64,000 bases of DNA from an uncultured Actinomycetes bacterium. GTDB lineage: Bacteria > Actinomycetota > Thermoleophilia > RBG-16-64-13. The translations under genes and the position numbers were made by a program. Numbering within the stretch: position 1 is the stretch's first letter; each line of letters opens with the position of its first letter. The stretch lies in assembly GCA_963841735.1 (NCBI GenBank), contig CAWJDT010000001.1, forward strand, positions 960,001-1,024,000, read 5' to 3'. The notes under the pieces were generated by a model. That model was given only the letters and a program-made list of their open reading frames with translations, did no database searches and was not told the origin of the DNA. Of the stretch, positions 51,469 to 60,975 are shown in pieces.

Positions 51469-51602
51469 CTTCTGCTAGGGCCCGCGGCCCGGACAGCGCC
51501 CTGTCGGCGCGGATGGCTCTCCAAGGTACTTGACGCTGACCTTATCCGAGGCCTTCTAAGCTGCATGCTGTGCTCCTAGAAACCAGACCTTCACCCAGGT
51601 GG

Positions 51603-52709
51603 ATGCTCGCGATGCAGAAGACGACCAAAGCGCTCATAGGGACGGCGATCCTGGTATGCCTGATCATTCTTTGTGTGATATTGGCGACTACCGTGACCGG
51701 CGAGGCCGCGGCTACCCTGCAGGAGCCCACGCCGTTCACCGCAGAGGGGTCTTCTGCTGATGATCCGGCTGCCGAGTACGCCGAGGGCGTCATAGACATC
51801 TCCCTGGGCGATACGACCACGGTGAGTGGTGCCGGAGCGAGCGTCGAGGGCAGTACGGTCACCATCTCCGCCGCGGGTGTCTATCACGTTTCCGGCGCGC
51901 TTGCCGACGGGCAGATCGACATAAACGCCAAGGGCAAGGTCTACCTGGAGTTCGACGGCGTCGACATCACGTGCAGCTTCGGGCCGGCTCTCATGATCAC
52001 CGACGCGAAGAAGGTGACACTGACGCTGGCGGAAGGCACTACCAACTCGCTCGCCGACGCCAGATCTGCCTGCGCGAACGACGCGGCCTTGTTTACAAAC
52101 GACACCCTTGTCATCAACGGCAGCGGTACTCTGGTGGTCACCGGTAACAACAATGAGGGCATATCGAGCGACGACGACCTCATCATCAACAGCGGCACTG
52201 TGAGGGTGACGGCGGTGGACGACGGGCTGAACGCACACGATGACATCACGATAAACGACGGCGCTGTGTATATCCTTGCCGGCGGCGATGGTGTCGACTC
52301 CAACGGCACGGTGCATCTAAACGGAGGCACGCTGGTGTCCTTCGGCGGTACGGACGACGGCGACGGGGGGCTGGATGCCGTCGGAGCCTTCACAGTCGCG
52401 GGGGGTAGCGCGGTGCTCGCAGGCAACGCGATCGCTGACCCTGACGGTGAATCCCGCCGAGCATCGCTCTACGTGGCGACGGGGTCGGTCCAGGCCGCGG
52501 GAACCGTGGTGCGGGTCGAACGGGACGGCGAAGAGATTCTCACCATCACGGCCGCGAAGGGGTTCCGGAACCTCCTCTTGACCTCCGGCGAACTGATCAA
52601 GAATGCCACGTATCAGGTCTACGTCGGGGGCTCAGGTACCGCGCTGCCGGCCGTTGCGGCCGCCTCTCGTCTGGTCGCCGGCGTCGCAGTTGAATCGGAC
52701 CGGCAGTGA
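51603..52709 (+). CDS. Cthe_2159-family carbohydrate-binding beta-helix protein (short, membrane-anchored)
   Basis: TVTISAAGVY.VSG.L.DGQI, LTLAEGTTNSL, L.INGSG.L.V, repeated DDG/GDG.DSNG turns; N-terminal TM. Confidence 0.85.
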   Translation: MLAMQKTTKALIGTAILVCLIILCVILATTVTGEAAATLQEPTPFTAEGSSADDPAAEYAEGVIDISLGDTTTVSGAGASVEGSTVTISAAGVYHVSGALADGQIDINAKGKVYLEFDGVDITCSFGPALMITDAKKVTLTLAEGTTNSLADARSACANDAALFTNDTLVINGSGTLVVTGNNNEGISSDDDLIINSGTVRVTAVDDGLNAHDDITINDGAVYILAGGDGVDSNGTVHLNGGTLVSFGGTDDGDGGLDAVGAFTVAGGSAVLAGNAIADPDGESRRASLYVATGSVQAAGTVVRVERDGEEILTITAAKGFRNLLLTSGELIKNATYQVYVGGSGTALPAVAAASRLVAGVAVESDRQ

Positions 52710-52710
52710 G

Positions 52711-53586
52711 ATGAGTGCGCGAAGGACGGTGATGAAGCGGGAGACGATGAAGACGATGAAGACGATCGTCGAGACGGAGAGCAGGCCCTCTAATCTGCAT
52801 ATCAGCGTGAACGCTCTCGGTTCGGGTCTGGCCCCGCTGAGCCAGCGGGTCGAGCAGAAGTTCTTCGTCGCCCCCCACAGGGAGAGCTTAGCTCTCGCTT
52901 TGCTCCGGAGGACCTGTCGCGCCGAGTGCCTCTACGCGGCCGGCCAAGTGAACAGCCTGTACTTCGACACTCCCGACCTGGAGCAGCACGAACTCTCGGA
53001 TGCGGGGGAGTATGCCAAAGACAAGGTCCGCATACGCTGGTACGGCGGGGAGTGGGATCCACACCGGGTGGACCACGGCCCGGAGGCTGTTGTCAAAGTC
53101 TGGCTGGAGTTGAAGAGTCGGCGGGGTTTTGCCTCCACGAAACAGCGGTCTACCTTGGATGTACCCGCCGCCGCTCTCTCCTTCTCGTCGCTGTCTCGCG
53201 GTATCGTGCCCGCGGTCACTTTGGCGCACACTATGACCGCCTTCGGATTCGTGCCTCGAGGAAAGCTATGCCCGGTGGTAGCCATCTCCTACTGGCGCTA
53301 TCGCTTCGTGGAGCCAGAGACCGGTTTCCGCGTGTCCATCGACTCTCACATCCGCTCGTCCCTGGTCATGGCCGGCCTGGGCCGGGGTGAACGGGGGCTT
53401 GAGCTGCCGGGAGCGATCGTGGAGGTGAAGGGGCCGGCTTTTGAGGTGCCCAGGTCACTCAGACCCATCGTCGAGATAGGCACGTCCTGGACGCGCTACT
53501 CCAAGTATTCGTCAAGTCTGGATGGGCACGCCGCCGCCGGCGGCAGCGTCTCGCGGCTCTGGCCTTCGGGCATGATGGCCGGGTAG
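52711..53586 (+). CDS. VTC-domain (polyphosphate polymerase-like, TTM superfamily) protein
   Basis: RVEQKF, VNSLYFDT, KDKVRIRWY, WLELKSR, ISYWR, RVSID, IVEVK, YSKY. Confidence 0.88.
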   Translation: MSARRTVMKRETMKTMKTIVETESRPSNLHISVNALGSGLAPLSQRVEQKFFVAPHRESLALALLRRTCRAECLYAAGQVNSLYFDTPDLEQHELSDAGEYAKDKVRIRWYGGEWDPHRVDHGPEAVVKVWLELKSRRGFASTKQRSTLDVPAAALSFSSLSRGIVPAVTLAHTMTAFGFVPRGKLCPVVAISYWRYRFVEPETGFRVSIDSHIRSSLVMAGLGRGERGLELPGAIVEVKGPAFEVPRSLRPIVEIGTSWTRYSKYSSSLDGHAAAGGSVSRLWPSGMMAG

Positions 53587-53626
53587 TACGGAACCTAACA
53601 GAAACTAGAGAAGGAAGGGTCGCAAC

Positions 53627-54298
53627 ATGTGGGAGGAAGTCACATCGGTCTGGAACGGGATGCTGTCGTCGCTGGGGGTGACCGAAGCGCTCATCGCCAT
53701 GGGCTTTTCGCTCCTGTTCTCCGTGGTGGTGTACTTCATGTACCAGCTCTTCTATGGGTCGAGGCACATCGGGGCGGGCGTGCACCGTATGTTTCTCGTC
53801 GGTGGACCGGCCATCACCGTTCTGTTTCTTGCCATTCAGACGTCCATCCCCCTTTCCCTCGGCCTGCTGGGTGCCCTGTCTTTCGTGCGCTTCCGTACGC
53901 CGGTTAAGGACCCCGCCGAGATCGGGTTCTTGCTCCTGCTTATCGCCTCGTCCATAGGGTCTTCCTCGGGCAACTTCATGCTGGTAGGCCTCCTGCTAGT
54001 GGCGACCTTCCTTGTCTTGGGTATCAAGTGGCTCCTGCGCGACCGCACTTCCATGGGTGCCAGGGGCAGCCTCATGATCTCTATGACCCAAGAAGACTTC
54101 ACGCGACTTGAGGCCTGTCTCAAGAGCTTTCTGGGCGAGCGGCTCAAGGGGCTCTCGCTCCAGTCGGTGTCCGCGGTAGACGGCCGGGTGAACCTGCAAT
54201 ATCAATACAAGCTGCAGCCCGCCCTAGACTGGGCGGGGTTTGTCAATGAGCTGAATCAGACCACCGCTCCCGCGTTGGTGGAAGTGTTTGTGGGATAG
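53627..54298 (+). CDS. DUF4956 family membrane protein
   Basis: SLGLLGALSFVRFRTPVKDP.EIGF signature; 4-5 hydrophobic segments and a small soluble C-terminal domain; follows the VTC gene. Confidence 0.9.
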   Translation: MWEEVTSVWNGMLSSLGVTEALIAMGFSLLFSVVVYFMYQLFYGSRHIGAGVHRMFLVGGPAITVLFLAIQTSIPLSLGLLGALSFVRFRTPVKDPAEIGFLLLLIASSIGSSSGNFMLVGLLLVATFLVLGIKWLLRDRTSMGARGSLMISMTQEDFTRLEACLKSFLGERLKGLSLQSVSAVDGRVNLQYQYKLQPALDWAGFVNELNQTTAPALVEVFVG

Positions 54299-54329
54299 CG
54301 GTCCGGCAACGCCGGAATGACGTCAAGGA

Positions 54330-56333
54330 GTGGAACCCGTTTTGAAATCGAGATATTCAAATCACATGAAAGCATTGGTGCCTTTGGTAGCGATCGCTCT
54401 AGCGATCGGGTTGGCCGGGTGCTCCGGATCGGAAGACCTTTCCGGTGCCGGCGTGTCCGCGACCTCCAGTAGCGTGACCGCGGGCCTCAGCACCGGCGCC
54501 ACGGCTACAGCGGGGGACGGCGCAACGACCGTCTTGGCGCCTCAGACCGTCTCGTACTCCGACACTGATCTCGATGCCTCCTGGGATGCCTCCACAGCTT
54601 CATATATCACCCTGGCCGGCAGTGCGGCACGTTTCGACGGCACGGGCGCGACCGCGCAGGGGAGCGTGGTCACCATCACGGCGGCCGGCACGTACGTGGT
54701 GTCCGGTACGCTGGACGACGGTCAGATAGTGGTCGACCTGGAAAAGAACGACACAGTGAAGCTGGTTCTGAACGGGGCCAACATCGCCAGTTCCACCAGC
54801 GCTCCCATCTACATCAAGAACGCCGACAAGGTTGTCATCACTCTTGCGGACGGTACTGAGAACAGCGTGACCGATGCAGACGCGTACGTGCTGGAGAGCG
54901 CCGACTCCGATGAGCCCAACGCAGCCGTCTTCAGCAAGAGCGACCTCACTATCAACGGTGCTGGGTCGCTAGCGGTATCGGCCCGCTACAACGATGGCAT
55001 CGTCAGCAAAGACGACCTCAAGATCGTGAGCGGTGCTATCTCGGTCGACGCGGTCAATGACGCCCTCAAGGGCAAGGATCGGCTTGGAGTCAAGGACGGC
55101 ACCCTCACCCTCAACGCGGGGGGCGACGGGATGCAATCGACCAACGATGTCGAGGCCGACCTGGGCTACATCTGCGTAGAGGGCGGCAGTCTGGACATCT
55201 CGGCCGGCAACGACGGGGTCCAGGCTCAGTCTACGCTCCTGGTGTCGGGCGGTGACCTTACCATCACCACCGGAGGCGGCGCCGCCAACGGCCAAGCTCA
55301 CACGGGCGCCGACGATTGGGGGGGTCATGGCCAGGACTTCCCCGTGCAGAGTCCGACCACGGAGTCCCCTGCCGCCATCGACACCAGCGTTTCCGCCGGC
55401 ACCACCGGTGCCGTCTCCGACAGCGCCAAGGGATTGAAGGCCGTCGGTGGCGTCTATATCCAGGGCGGCACGATCACCGTCGACTCTGCCGATGATTCCA
55501 TACACTCCAACAACGCTGTGCAGATCGGCGGGGGGGACATCACCATAAGCTCCGGCGACGACGCCGTCCATGCCGACGCGACTCTGCAGATCGACGGCGG
55601 CCAGCTCGACATCACCAAGTCATACGAGGGCTTGGAGAGCATGATCATCACCATCAACGATGGCACCATCCACATCCAGGCAAGTGACGACGCTATCAAC
55701 GCGGCCGGCGGGGCCGATTCGTCGTCGGCGCTAGGTGTACGCGGCCAAGGCGCCGTGGACGAGAACAACAAGCTCTACCTTAACGGCGGCTACGTTGCCA
55801 TCGACTCTGGCGGAGACGGCATCGACTGCAACGGTCGCGCGTTCATGACGGCCGGCACGTACCTCGTCAACGGTCCCACCAACGACGGCAACGGGGCGAT
55901 CGACACGGGTGAGTTCACGGTCACAGGCGGACTGCTGGTGGCTGCCGGCAGCTCCGGCATGGCAACGGCTCCGAGTGAGACTTCCAGCCAGCTTTCGCTG
56001 ATGGTGAACTTTGACACAGCGCAGGCGGCCGGTACTTTGGTGCACGTCCAAGACGAGAAGGGCGTCGAGGTGCTCACCTTTGCGCCTACCAAGCAGTTCC
56101 AGTCGCTCGTGTTCTGCGCGCCAGTCCTGAAGGAGGGCGCCACCTACACCGTCTACTTGGGCGGCAGCTCGAACGGAACGCTGGCCGACAGCCTGTACTT
56201 CGAGGGGAGCTACACACCAGGTACCGAGTATGCCGCTGTGACGCTCTCCGGTGTCGTCACCATCCACGGCACGGCCGGCGGTGGGCCGGGCGGAGGGATG
56301 ATGCCGGCGGGCGGTACGCGACCCGGCCGCTGA
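54330..56333 (+). CDS. Cthe_2159-family carbohydrate-binding beta-helix lipoprotein (long)
   Basis: Lipobox LAGC; VTITAAGTYVVSGTLDDGQI, AVFSKSDLTINGAG, SAKGLKA, SADDSIHSN, SYEGLE, GDGIDCNG, GPTNDGNGAID. Confidence 0.9.
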   Translation: MEPVLKSRYSNHMKALVPLVAIALAIGLAGCSGSEDLSGAGVSATSSSVTAGLSTGATATAGDGATTVLAPQTVSYSDTDLDASWDASTASYITLAGSAARFDGTGATAQGSVVTITAAGTYVVSGTLDDGQIVVDLEKNDTVKLVLNGANIASSTSAPIYIKNADKVVITLADGTENSVTDADAYVLESADSDEPNAAVFSKSDLTINGAGSLAVSARYNDGIVSKDDLKIVSGAISVDAVNDALKGKDRLGVKDGTLTLNAGGDGMQSTNDVEADLGYICVEGGSLDISAGNDGVQAQSTLLVSGGDLTITTGGGAANGQAHTGADDWGGHGQDFPVQSPTTESPAAIDTSVSAGTTGAVSDSAKGLKAVGGVYIQGGTITVDSADDSIHSNNAVQIGGGDITISSGDDAVHADATLQIDGGQLDITKSYEGLESMIITINDGTIHIQASDDAINAAGGADSSSALGVRGQGAVDENNKLYLNGGYVAIDSGGDGIDCNGRAFMTAGTYLVNGPTNDGNGAIDTGEFTVTGGLLVAAGSSGMATAPSETSSQLSLMVNFDTAQAAGTLVHVQDEKGVEVLTFAPTKQFQSLVFCAPVLKEGATYTVYLGGSSNGTLADSLYFEGSYTPGTEYAAVTLSGVVTIHGTAGGGPGGGMMPAGGTRPGR

Positions 56334-56343
56334 GATGCAAGCG

Positions 56344-56370
56344 GGGCGCGCCGCGTTACGCGGCGCGCCC
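56344..56370. terminator. Perfect 12-bp stem hairpin ending the CotH-VTC operon
   Basis: GGGCGCGCCGCG-tta-CGCGGCGCGCCC between convergent stop codons. Confidence 0.7.
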
Positions 56371-56385
56371 CTCGGTCGCTCGGTG

Positions 56386-57654
56386 TCAGCCGAGCGGCGC
56401 CAAGGCGTTGTCGATATCGGCGACCAGATCGGCTGCGTCCTCCAGCCCCACCGAGAGCCGGAAGACTCCCTTGCCGGCGAAGGCCCGGTAGGATTCCTCT
56501 TGCTTGGGTGTCAGGTGGAAGGATGAACGCAGCAGGTCGTCTGTGGGCAGATAGCAGATCAGGGAGCGGTTATGCCCCAGGGACACGGCGTAGTGGATGA
56601 TCTCCATTCGCTCGGAGAGCAGTCGGGCGGCCGCGGGACCATCGTCCACCTGAAACGTCAACATGCCCGAGAAGTTGCCCATCTGGCGGACGGCCAGACC
56701 ATGTTGAGGGTGAGAGGGGAGCCCGGGGTACATGACCCGCGTGATCTTGGGGTGGGCCTCAAGATGCTGGGCGACGGCCAGCGCACCTTCCTGGTGGGCG
56801 GCCATCCTTATGGGTAGCGTAGTCACGCCGCGCATTATGAGCCAGGCATTGAATGGGGAGATGATGCCCCCAGTGTGGATGGCCATGGCGCGGAGCTTGT
56901 TCATCTGCTCGCTCCGCCCGCTGACCGCGCCCCCGATCGCGTCGCCGTGCCCGCAGATGTACTTGGTGAGCGACTGGACAACGTAGTCGGCGCCCAGCTC
57001 GAAGGGACGTAGTCCCATGGGTGTGGCGAACGTGGAATCAACCGCTATCGGGACGCCCACGCCGTGGGCGATTTTGGCCACCGCAGACACGTCGGTGAGA
57101 CGGAGTAGGGGGTTGACCGGGGTCTCCAGGTAGACCAGACGGGTGTTGGGACAAAGGGCGGCGCGCACGTTCTCGGGATCGGAGGTATCGACCCGGGTGA
57201 CCGCGATGCCCAGGTCGGGGAGCTTCTGGTTGGCGAACTCAGAGGCGGCGGCGTAGGTTATGTCGCTCATCACTAGGTGGTCGCCGGCTTTGAGCGTATG
57301 CAAGAGCAGAGCGGCTATCGCGGCCACCCCGCTACCAAAGGCCACGCACGCCTCGGCACCTTCGAGTACGGCGAGCTTCTGTTCGAGCTGGGCGATGGTG
57401 GGATTGCCCCACCGCGTGTAGACGAACGGAGTGTCTTCCGACATATCGTCGGCCGAGAAAGATATGCCCGGCTCGATGACGAAGGTGGTCGACATCACAA
57501 GGTCTGGGGCCGACGCTCCGGTGAGTGGATTGGCGGGGGTGCCGGCATGGATGGCGGCGGTTTTGACACCCACGGGCCGCGCTGCACCGGCGGGCTGAGC
57601 CTGATTGGGAGTGAGGGGCGTCTTCAAGTGATCTCCAGTGGTCTTCTTGCGCAT
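56386..57654 (-). CDS. Cys/Met metabolism PLP enzyme (cystathionine gamma-synthase/methionine gamma-lyase family)
   Basis: YTRWGNPT, FGSGVAAI, LETPVNP, VDSTFATP, SLTKYICGHGD, YPGL.SHPQH, RLSVGLED. Confidence 0.93.
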   Translation of the reverse strand: MRKKTTGDHLKTPLTPNQAQPAGAARPVGVKTAAIHAGTPANPLTGASAPDLVMSTTFVIEPGISFSADDMSEDTPFVYTRWGNPTIAQLEQKLAVLEGAEACVAFGSGVAAIAALLLHTLKAGDHLVMSDITYAAASEFANQKLPDLGIAVTRVDTSDPENVRAALCPNTRLVYLETPVNPLLRLTDVSAVAKIAHGVGVPIAVDSTFATPMGLRPFELGADYVVQSLTKYICGHGDAIGGAVSGRSEQMNKLRAMAIHTGGIISPFNAWLIMRGVTTLPIRMAAHQEGALAVAQHLEAHPKITRVMYPGLPSHPQHGLAVRQMGNFSGMLTFQVDDGPAAARLLSERMEIIHYAVSLGHNRSLICYLPTDDLLRSSFHLTPKQEESYRAFAGKGVFRLSVGLEDAADLVADIDNALAPLG

Positions 57655-57725
57655 CGGGCCCATTGTGACATAGAGTGGAAGCGTCGGGGACCGTGTGGTC
57701 CTGGTCTGAGTGTATTGGAGGGGAC

Positions 57726-58202
57726 ATGGCGAACTGCAGGACGTGCGGCGCACCGATCAACCCACAAGAACGGTTCTGCGGCTATTGTGGTGCAGATCAA
57801 ATGGCGGCCCCGCCGCAGGCTGCCTACGCTTCCATGCCGGCGCGTGCGAGTGGCGGCGGCACCTTGGCCCGGGCGGCCATGGGCTTGGGTATAGCCGGAG
57901 GTCTGCTTGGCATCGTTTGGGGGGCACTTGGCCCGTTCCTGACCAACCAATGGCCAGGCTCGTTCCAGTGGGGTGTGTACGGTACGTCGGGCCTCAGGTG
58001 GGTCTGGGTGCCCTTGGTCATTGGGCTGGTGCTCGGCGTCTTTGGGATCATCGGCGGCGCCGTGGCTCCCAAGAATAGGGGAGTGGCCGCGGTTATCCTC
58101 CTGGTGTGCGGTGTCGTGGGATTTCTCGTGGGCCCGTCGTGGGTCCCCGCGGGGACGCTGCTACTGGCGGCCGCGGGACTGGCGATGGCCGACAAGGGCT
58201 GA
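57726..58202 (+). CDS. Zinc-ribbon membrane protein
   Basis: CRTCG..FCGYCG followed by about 4 TM segments; RBS GGAGG. Confidence 0.75.
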   Translation: MANCRTCGAPINPQERFCGYCGADQMAAPPQAAYASMPARASGGGTLARAAMGLGIAGGLLGIVWGALGPFLTNQWPGSFQWGVYGTSGLRWVWVPLVIGLVLGVFGIIGGAVAPKNRGVAAVILLVCGVVGFLVGPSWVPAGTLLLAAAGLAMADKG

Positions 58203-58268
58203 ACGAGTACCCGCATAATCGGCCGACGGAACCCGACTACGCGGAGGCCCATATCTTGAGGCAGACTT

Positions 58269-59201
58269 TCAGGCGACGAACAGGATGTCGCTGATGTCGC
58301 GCTGGCCGCCTTTGTTGACCGGGCTGTTGACCACCTCGCCATTGAAATACATGGTGGACGAGCCACCGCCGTCCAGGTTGTAAGCCGTGGTGCAGCCCAG
58401 GTCCTTGAAGATCTGGGCGAACTCCTCCTCAGTGACTCCCTTGCTGTACCCGGAGTCGCGGCCGTCGACCACGACGAACACAAAGTGGTTGTCGGCTAGG
58501 AGGCCGATCCCGGTGCGCGGGTTTCTTCCCTGGACGGGGTGCTGCGGGTTCTGTTCGACCTCGTAGGTGCTCACGTTGTCGGGTATCGCGCCGTCTATCA
58601 AGAGGGCGGGGCCGAACGAGTAGGTATTCCACACCCCTCGGTCCAGGAGTTCTTGGGCTGAGCTCTGGGTTTCGTCGAATGTCTCCATGCGCCCGTCTTT
58701 GTAGAGGGCAAGGCCTGTGCGCACCGGTTCATCCCGGTAGATCTCGCCGTTTCTGATGATGATGCCGTCATCTCTTGCGCCGAAGAAGTCCCCGTTGATC
58801 GCGAAGATTGCGCCATTGGCTTCGGCTATGGCCGAGGTGTCCGCCGTGCCCTGACCGTTGTCGGCCAGTCCGGCTTGGAGCAGGGCGCCTGGGGCGAGGC
58901 TGACATCGGCGACGTAGTAGGTGATGGTATCCACCCCGTTGCCGGTCGAGACCTTGGCGACGGTGATCGAAGCCGTGTCACTCGAGTAATGGTCCGCAGC
59001 CACCGCAGTGGACGGCACGAGCGCTGAATCGGTGAGCAGGGGTCCGGTCGCAGGGTCGTCTGGAGTGGTGACGGGGGTCGTCACCGCGGCAGCCTCTGAT
59101 CCGCCGCCGGCAAAGCGGTCGATGAGCAAGTACGCCACCAACCCCAGCACTACTACCGCCAGCAGGCACACACCCGCGACTATGACCCTCTTGTTCATCA
59201 T
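58269..59201 (-). CDS. Phosphodiester glycosidase (NAGPA family), membrane-anchored
   Basis: AINGDFF, NPRTGIG, VVVDGR, AYNLDGGGSSTMY; N-terminal TM. Confidence 0.92.
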   Translation of the reverse strand: MMNKRVIVAGVCLLAVVVLGLVAYLLIDRFAGGGSEAAAVTTPVTTPDDPATGPLLTDSALVPSTAVAADHYSSDTASITVAKVSTGNGVDTITYYVADVSLAPGALLQAGLADNGQGTADTSAIAEANGAIFAINGDFFGARDDGIIIRNGEIYRDEPVRTGLALYKDGRMETFDETQSSAQELLDRGVWNTYSFGPALLIDGAIPDNVSTYEVEQNPQHPVQGRNPRTGIGLLADNHFVFVVVDGRDSGYSKGVTEEEFAQIFKDLGCTTAYNLDGGGSSTMYFNGEVVNSPVNKGGQRDISDILFVA

Positions 59202-59289
59202 CTACTGCGCCTCGGTCTTCTGGTGCCGGTAAGTCTTTTGACCATGGCCTCAGGCTAGCTGCGGGCGGCTAAAGAGAGCGTAAGCACGG

Positions 59290-59314
59290 GACGGCCGCGC
59301 TCTGCGCGGCCGTC
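59290..59314. terminator. Hairpin downstream of the Kelch protein gene
   Basis: GACGGCCGCGC-tct-GCGCGGCCGTC. Confidence 0.6.
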
Positions 59315-59377
59315 TCCGTTGCGGTCAAAGGCGAGGGTTCGGTGCGGCTCCGGCTCAGCCCCGGCGAATGTCGGCGG

Positions 59378-60811
59378 TCAGCTGCCGTATGCCCAAGTGT
59401 CACCTAGGTCGCGATCGCCGGGCTCGTCCATCCCCCCGAAGAGGATGAATTTGCGGTTCGTTTCGTCATAGACCATCGAATAGCCATCCCGGCCATCAGG
59501 CGCGCCGCCCGCCGGGCTCACGTCGGTCCAGATGTTCGCGGCGGGATCGTAGGCCCAGGTGTCGTTGAGTTCGTTGTTGTCATCCCAGCCACCGAAGAGG
59601 ACGACCCGGCGGAGCACGGGGTCGTAGACGGCATGGTGGCCTCCTCGGGCCGAAGGCGACCCGGCTGGGGTGACTTCCGTCCAGGCATTGGCGATCGGGT
59701 CGTAGAGCCATGTGTCGCCGAGCATCGTGCCGTCGGCCCATCCTCCAAAGAGGATCATGTTGGAGGCAATCGGGTCGTAGACCATGGAGTAGCGATCACG
59801 CCCCGAAGGGACGTCGCTCGCGGGGCTCATATTGGTCCAAGTCTCTGTGGAGGGGTAGAAGGCCCAAGTGTCACTGAGCTGGGCGCCGTTGTCGTCGTAA
59901 CCCCCGAACATGATCAGCGCGCCGGTGTCGGGGGCGAGCACCAGAGAAGCTCCTTCACGCGGGGAGGGTAGATCGCCGGTAGGGGTGATTTCGGTCCAGG
60001 TGTTCGCGGCGGGATCGTAGGCCCAGGTGTCGTTGAGCTCGAGGTCACCGGTGGAATCGTACCCACCGAACATGATCAGCTTACCCGTACCAGGGTCGTA
60101 GGCCAGGGCGTGTCCTGTGCGGGCAGTCGGTAGGCTGCCGGCGGGGCTGAGCTCTGCCCAGGCGTTGGAGGCGGGCTCGTACATCCAAGTATCACCGAAG
60201 CTCTCCGCGATGCTCCATCCTCCAAAGAGGAACACTTGCCGGCGTGTCGGGTCGTAGGCCATGGCATGGCCGGTGCGTGCTGTTGGCACATCGCCGCTTG
60301 GGTTCAAATCGGTCCAGAAGGCGGGAGCTGGTGGGGAGGTCGTGGTGGTCGTCGTCGTGGTGCGTTTGGTGGTCGCGGTCGTGCCACCAGTGTCGCCGTC
60401 GTCACCTCTCAGTCCGAAGAAGAGCCCGAGGGCCGTCCCGGCCAGCACCAGTACTATGAGGGGGATCAGCCAGGCCAACAACGAAGAAGCACCCTTCTTC
60501 GGGGGGCCGTACTGCCCTGGATAGGGCTGATAGTAAGCGGCGGGCGGGGCCTGCCACTGGCCTCCCGGCTGACCGCCGGCAGGATAGGCACCCTGCTGAC
60601 CGGCAATCGGCGCTGCCGGAAGAAGCCCTGGGATCTGTCCGGTCGGTACCCATTGGGGCAACTGTGGATTCCAGACCATGTCGGTGGAAGAGAGCGCGCC
60701 GGTCTGGGCCAGCGAGAGCAACTGCTCCCACGACACCGGACCCATCTGCTGTCCTGCTGACGCGCCGGCCTTGGAGTAGTACCAACTCGAAATCACAGAG
60801 TCCCCGTTCAC
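59378..60811 (-). CDS. GYF_2 (DUF4339) - TM - Kelch beta-propeller protein
   Basis: WYY..QMGPVS..L..L..VW..W N-terminal domain; single TM; six repeats of P.AR.GH..YDP..LFGG..DTW.YD. Confidence 0.85.
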   Translation of the reverse strand: MNGDSVISSWYYSKAGASAGQQMGPVSWEQLLSLAQTGALSSTDMVWNPQLPQWVPTGQIPGLLPAAPIAGQQGAYPAGGQPGGQWQAPPAAYYQPYPGQYGPPKKGASSLLAWLIPLIVLVLAGTALGLFFGLRGDDGDTGGTTATTKRTTTTTTTTSPPAPAFWTDLNPSGDVPTARTGHAMAYDPTRRQVFLFGGWSIAESFGDTWMYEPASNAWAELSPAGSLPTARTGHALAYDPGTGKLIMFGGYDSTGDLELNDTWAYDPAANTWTEITPTGDLPSPREGASLVLAPDTGALIMFGGYDDNGAQLSDTWAFYPSTETWTNMSPASDVPSGRDRYSMVYDPIASNMILFGGWADGTMLGDTWLYDPIANAWTEVTPAGSPSARGGHHAVYDPVLRRVVLFGGWDDNNELNDTWAYDPAANIWTDVSPAGGAPDGRDGYSMVYDETNRKFILFGGMDEPGDRDLGDTWAYGS

Positions 60812-60975
60812 TGCCGCCTCCCAACACGTCGCTCGATCGACCCGCTGGTCTTCAGTATATGACGATACTCTGTACTAGTGGCGCCGACTCTGGCAAGCTA
60901 GGGGCGGCGCTGTAGGCGGCGCCCTGACGAGGCCACGTGGCGTCGTAGGCGGTTCCGGGGAAAGGGTGGATCATC

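Noticed and set aside
52729-52775. Short GACGATGAA repeat at the start of the VTC gene (MKRETMKTMKT)
   Set aside because: Only about 2.5 copies, in a non-conserved N-terminus; it only makes the start codon ambiguous.
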